Shown here piece by piece: positions 60,661 through 64,000 of a stretch of 64,000 bases of DNA. The stretch spans positions 31,024-95,023 of the forward strand of contig VMGF01000003.1 of NCBI GenBank assembly GCA_007376445.1, given 5' to 3'. The DNA is from Parcubacteria group bacterium Gr01-1014_3 (GTDB lineage Bacteria; Patescibacteriota; Minisyncoccia; UBA6257; WO2-44-18). The position numbers and the translations under genes were made by a program. Under the pieces are notes generated by a model that saw nothing but the letters and a program-made list of their open reading frames with translations, ran no database searches and had not been told where the DNA came from. Each line of letters starts with the position of its first letter. The stretch's first letter is position 1.

Positions 60661-61143
60661 TTATTTATTATCTGTTGGCGGTAAACCGGTCAAATCTCTC
60701 GGAATGACAACGCGGATAACCTCAGCGTCAGCCCTTCTCCGATCCAGGATCCTCACCGCGCACGCGAAGACGCTAATGGGTTTTTTGTCCTTATTTCTGA
60801 AAACGGTAGTCAGTACACCCACATAATCTTTACCGGAAAAAAATTCCCAATCCTTGCCGCGTAAGATCGCGTAACCATTATAATACTCTTCCGTTTTTAA
60901 TCCCCATATCTTTAGCACCTGGCCATATCCAAAAATTTCAATCGCTATGCCATCCGCGCTTCCAGAAGGGTCCTCGTATGTAGTTTCATAACCGCACCAA
61001 AATGGATTTTCGCCGTCTCCTTCATCGGGAGATTTTTTGAGAAAGTCGGGTCTATTAGGGGCGTAGAAAAATGACTTTCTTTCGATTAATTTCCAGGACG
61101 TGAAATCCGGCACCGGGCTTTTAGCCATTTTGGTTTCCTTCAA
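60661..61143 (-). CDS. hypothetical protein, paralog of 58134..58550
   Basis: See paralog motifs above. Confidence 0.5.
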   Translation of the reverse strand: MKETKMAKSPVPDFTSWKLIERKSFFYAPNRPDFLKKSPDEGDGENPFWCGYETTYEDPSGSADGIAIEIFGYGQVLKIWGLKTEEYYNGYAILRGKDWEFFSGKDYVGVLTTVFRNKDKKPISVFACAVRILDRRRADAEVIRVVIPRDLTGLPPTDNK

Positions 61144-61200
61144 ATTACTGACAATAAATTAACAAAAAATCCCCCCGTTGTAAACGGAGGGATTCGAATC

Positions 61201-61722
61201 TTACATGTCCCCGATCCAGGGACGAAGCCATTCGTAAACAGCGTCAAAGTCCATCGGATCACCCTGTGGGCGCTCCATCGTGAAGACCTGCTCCTTCTCG
61301 ACAATCGACATGATCCACTCTTCCTCATGCGGCTTCAAGAGAAGCACGGTGATATCGAGAGCATGCGAGTGAGAAATTTCCGCCTGCGTGTTGCTGCCAA
61401 TATAGCCATGGGACTTGGACTGGCCTTCCAGCGCAGTCGGATTAAAAACAAGGCAGAGGCCGCCCAGGGTACGGGTTTTGCGCAGCTTGCTGAAATGGCT
61501 GAGCACCATACCCGGCACCTTCGCCTTGTAGGCTGAAGATTTCATGCGAAGACGCTCCGGCTTCCGGATGAACTTCTTCCGATGGCGTCGGAAATTCGGT
61601 TGAAAAACCAGAACCCCGCGTTTTTGGAGATAGCTCACAAAACTATCAATCGAAGCCTTATATCTTTGACTGGCGCAAATCACCAGAGGTCGCTTCAAAC
61701 CCAATGGAAACTCCTTAAACAA
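61201..61722 (-). CDS. hypothetical protein, possibly Rossmann-like nucleotide-binding
   Basis: ORF only. Confidence 0.35.
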   Translation of the reverse strand: MFKEFPLGLKRPLVICASQRYKASIDSFVSYLQKRGVLVFQPNFRRHRKKFIRKPERLRMKSSAYKAKVPGMVLSHFSKLRKTRTLGGLCLVFNPTALEGQSKSHGYIGSNTQAEISHSHALDITVLLLKPHEEEWIMSIVEKEQVFTMERPQGDPMDFDAVYEWLRPWIGDM

Positions 61723-61783
61723 CTAACCATAAACTAACGAAAAATTTATTGATTGTCAATAAAAAAACCAGTCAAATGACCGG

Positions 61784-62335
61784 TTAAATCTTATTATAAA
61801 CGATATCCACTTTTTCCATTTTCGAAAGCACTCCGCCGGGGCCCTGCAGGCGAGACAAGGTTTTAACGAGAATATCCAGCAGGATTTTGGGGTCTGGGTG
61901 ATTCACCACCTCGACCTCTTTTCGTTCACACAAACCCCTTACGAAATCATTGTAAGCAGAGTTCGTAGAATTCCGATATGACCCCACGAAAACTATCCGC
62001 TTCACGCCCATTTGGAGCATGCTTTTGACGCAGTCGATACAGGGCGTGGCCACCACGTAAGCCGTCGCGCCATTGATGTCAGCGACCGAATTATCAATCG
62101 CGTTCCGCTCGCCATGCTGAGTGCGTTTGCAATGCCCTTCGATCATCAGATGACCGACGTCATCACAAGTATCCGCGCCCGCTACCGAACCGTTATATCC
62201 CGCGCCGACGATCTTATTGTTCTTCACTAAAACGCAGGCAGTCCGTAAACGATCGCAACTTCCCCGCGAAGACATGACCGTGGCCATCAGCAGAAAAAGT
62301 TCGTCCCAGCTCGGCTTATCCGTGGCGTCGCTCAT
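61784..62335 (-). CDS. dCMP/cytidine deaminase family protein (ComEB-like)
   Basis: HGERNAI and PCIDC zinc-binding motifs; AGGAGG RBS. Confidence 0.85.
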   Translation of the reverse strand: MSDATDKPSWDELFLLMATVMSSRGSCDRLRTACVLVKNNKIVGAGYNGSVAGADTCDDVGHLMIEGHCKRTQHGERNAIDNSVADINGATAYVVATPCIDCVKSMLQMGVKRIVFVGSYRNSTNSAYNDFVRGLCERKEVEVVNHPDPKILLDILVKTLSRLQGPGGVLSKMEKVDIVYNKI

Positions 62336-62412
62336 AAAACCTCCTAAGAACTTCTGGGATTGTACAAAATAAAAACCGCCCTCGCAAGTACATTCAGTAC
62401 ACTTTCTAGCGA

Positions 62413-62547
62413 GACAATAATCATTTTTCGGAACATGTCGGAGCCCAGACAGCTTGGTTTTTCGCGAAGCGAAAATGTCTGGGCGAGAGAGAAGAAAATC
62501 CGGCTGCTAGAGCCGGATTATTCTGTTTCCGAAAAATGATTATTGTC
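62413..62547. ncRNA. about 135-nt structured element: 23-bp outer inverted repeat (GACAATAATCATTTTTCGGAAAC) enclosing three inner hairpins; lies where rplA/L1 leader would be expected
   Basis: Perfect outer stem plus inner hairpins CCCAGACA...TGTCTGGG, TTTTCGCGAAGCGAAAA, AATCCGGCTGCTAGAGCCGGATT; no ORF. Confidence 0.45.
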
Positions 62548-62552
62548 GAAGC

Positions 62553-62981
62553 CTACTTCTCGATTACCTCGATGCCCATATTCCGGGCGGTGCCGGCGAT
62601 GATCCTCATCGCGGCGTCGATATCGTGAGCATTCAGATCTACCATCTTCTTTTCCGCGATCGCGCGGACATCGGCCTGAGTAACTTTACCAACTTTCTTC
62701 TTGTTCGGTTCGCCGGAACCCTTTTCAATACCAGCGGCTTTTTTCAATAAAGAAGAAGCCGGGGAAGTCTTTAGCTTGAAATCAAAGGTACGGTCTTCGT
62801 AGATCGTAATTACAGCCGGCACTACATCGCCGATCATGTCCTTGGTCGCTTCATTGAACTTCTTACAGAAGTCCTGAATGTTGATACCGTGCGGACCAAG
62901 CGCCGTACCGATTGGCGGGGCTGGATTAGCCTTCCCGGCGTCAATTTGTAGCTTTAAAGTTGTCTTAATAGGCTTTGCCAT
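62553..62981 (-). CDS. rplK: 50S ribosomal protein L11
   Basis: [35 protein letters not shown]. Confidence 0.9.
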   Translation of the reverse strand: MAKPIKTTLKLQIDAGKANPAPPIGTALGPHGINIQDFCKKFNEATKDMIGDVVPAVITIYEDRTFDFKLKTSPASSLLKKAAGIEKGSGEPNKKKVGKVTQADVRAIAEKKMVDLNAHDIDAAMRIIAGTARNMGIEVIEK

Positions 62982-62999
62982 TTTGTTTGTCTATTATAC

Positions 63000-63539
63000 T
63001 TATAATTTTTGAACCTGTAAAGAATCAAGCTCTACTACCGTATCGCGGCCGAAGATGCCTACTAAAACCTTAACTTTGCCTTTTTCCTGGTCAACTTCGG
63101 AAACTTTCGCGTCATAATCCTTAAAAGGACCATCGGTGATCTTCACGGTCTCCCCGACTTGTAAATCCACGTTGAATTTCGCCTCCTTGCCGGCGCCTAT
63201 CCTACCCATCAGCCCATCGATCTCCGCCTGAGACAATGGAGTAGGCGTGGTGGAATCAGAACCTACGAATCCGGTAACACGAGGAGTGTTGCGAACCACA
63301 TACCAAGAGTCCTCGGTCAGAACCATTTCAACCAAAACATACCCCGGATAGATCTTCTCTTCCGCGGTGCGACGCTTGCCGTTTTTTATTTTGATCTTGG
63401 TTTCCTTCGGAACGATGATGTTGAAGATCTTGTCGTTCATTGCCAAAGAATCAACGCGCTGCTTTAAATAACGCGCCACCGCGTCTTCATAACCAGAATA
63501 AGTATGTACTGCGTACCAATGACGTGCTTTATCTACCAT
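63000..63539 (-). CDS. nusG: transcription termination/antitermination factor NusG
   Basis: NGN domain (WYAVHTYSGYE) and KOW domain. Confidence 0.9.
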   Translation of the reverse strand: MVDKARHWYAVHTYSGYEDAVARYLKQRVDSLAMNDKIFNIIVPKETKIKIKNGKRRTAEEKIYPGYVLVEMVLTEDSWYVVRNTPRVTGFVGSDSTTPTPLSQAEIDGLMGRIGAGKEAKFNVDLQVGETVKITDGPFKDYDAKVSEVDQEKGKVKVLVGIFGRDTVVELDSLQVQKL

Positions 63540-63558
63540 AAAAGTTTAATTTATAAAA

Positions 63559-63744
63559 TTAAAGTAATAATTTACCAAGTAGAAACGTAAAGATATAATC
63601 TAAAACCCCCAAAAACATCGCCACTACGAGCGACATTGCCACGACCGAAACAGTCATGCGCATGGTTTCATTCGCGCTCGGCCAGTTCACCCGCTTAAAC
63701 TCCTGCTGGGATTCCTGTAAAAATGATTTGACTTTGCTTAACAT
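63559..63744 (-). CDS. secE: preprotein translocase subunit SecE
   Basis: Single TM small protein immediately upstream of nusG. Confidence 0.8.
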   Translation of the reverse strand: MLSKVKSFLQESQQEFKRVNWPSANETMRMTVSVVAMSLVVAMFLGVLDYIFTFLLGKLLL

Positions 63745-63771
63745 AGTATTGCTATTTTATAACTTAAAACC

Positions 63772-64000
63772 CTAGATGTCAAGGTTTTTCACGTATTGCG
63801 CCCGGCTCTGAATGAACTGCTTACGAGGCTCCACTTCATCGCCAAGAAGAATATCGAATAGCCTGTCGGCTTCCTTCGCGTCCTCAACAATCACCTTTCT
63901 TAGGAGGCGGTTGGCCGGATTCATCGTAGTTTCCCAGAGCTGAGCTGGATTCATTTCACCAAGACCCTTATAGCGCTGAATGGAAATTCCCTTAACTTCA
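63772..64000 (-). CDS. gyrB: DNA gyrase subunit B, C-terminal end (gene continues beyond window)
   Basis: [13 protein letters not shown]...[24 protein letters not shown] matches GyrB C-terminus. Confidence 0.75.
   Translation of the reverse strand, partial: EVKGISIQRYKGLGEMNPAQLWETTMNPANRLLRKVIVEDAKEADRLFDILLGDEVEPRKQFIQSRAQYVKNLDI

Noticed and set aside
1-64000. CRISPR array, rRNA genes, transposase or integrase genes
   Set aside because: No regularly spaced direct repeats with unique spacers were found. No 16S/23S/5S-like sequence was seen. No ORF has recognisable integrase or transposase motifs. 39469..39741 was considered as a TnpB C-terminal fragment but lacks its motifs.

Overview
This 64 kb window looks like a chromosomal segment of a small-genome, AT-leaning bacterium of the Candidate Phyla Radiation (Patescibacteria/Parcubacteria-like). 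The lineage call is an inference from gene content; it rests on multiple GxxExxY PD-(D/E)XK paralogs, rplA absent beside rplK, shortened DnaE, SMC and ThrRS, many membrane-anchored hypotheticals and Lys-rich tails. The genetic code appears standard, with TGA, TAA and TAG all used as stops. Most genes are housekeeping. Translation: lepA, efp, a domain-truncated prfB, aspS, thrS, gatB, rpsP, rplJ-rplL, and rplK-nusG-secE next to the gyrB 3' end. tRNA modification: mnmA, tgt, tsaC, trmD. Division and cell wall: ftsEX and mraZ-rsmH-ftsL-ftsI-murF. Also present are dnaE, smc, ftsH, rnc, nusB, ndk, cmk, a dCMP deaminase, a split comEC and three tandem HtrA-like proteases. RNA genes are tRNA-Gln, two tRNA-Thr(CGT)-like genes plus a 5'-half fragment, tRNA-Gly, tRNA-Glu and tRNA-Val. 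No rRNA genes or CRISPR arrays were seen. The hunt found structure that ordinary annotation does not explain. Two insertions sit at gene 3' ends and are flanked by direct repeats of that 3' end (dnaE and the DEAD-box helicase). A 22-32 bp perfect palindrome occurs three times; one copy overlaps a sigma factor stop codon and two flank an HTH gene carried inside the dnaE insertion. tRNA genes are embedded in long inverted repeats or palindromes. A hairpin RNA motif with compensatory changes occurs in two 5' leaders. GxxExxY cassettes are bounded by inverted ATTCG-type repeats. In-frame AAAGTT-type repeat insertions interrupt mnmA and trmD. Two intergenic repeat families recur across the window. 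Several terminator hairpins carry a -35 box in their loop. Protein identities rest on recognisable motifs in the translated ORFs, and all RNA and repeat calls come from reading the sequence directly. No searches or folding programs were run.
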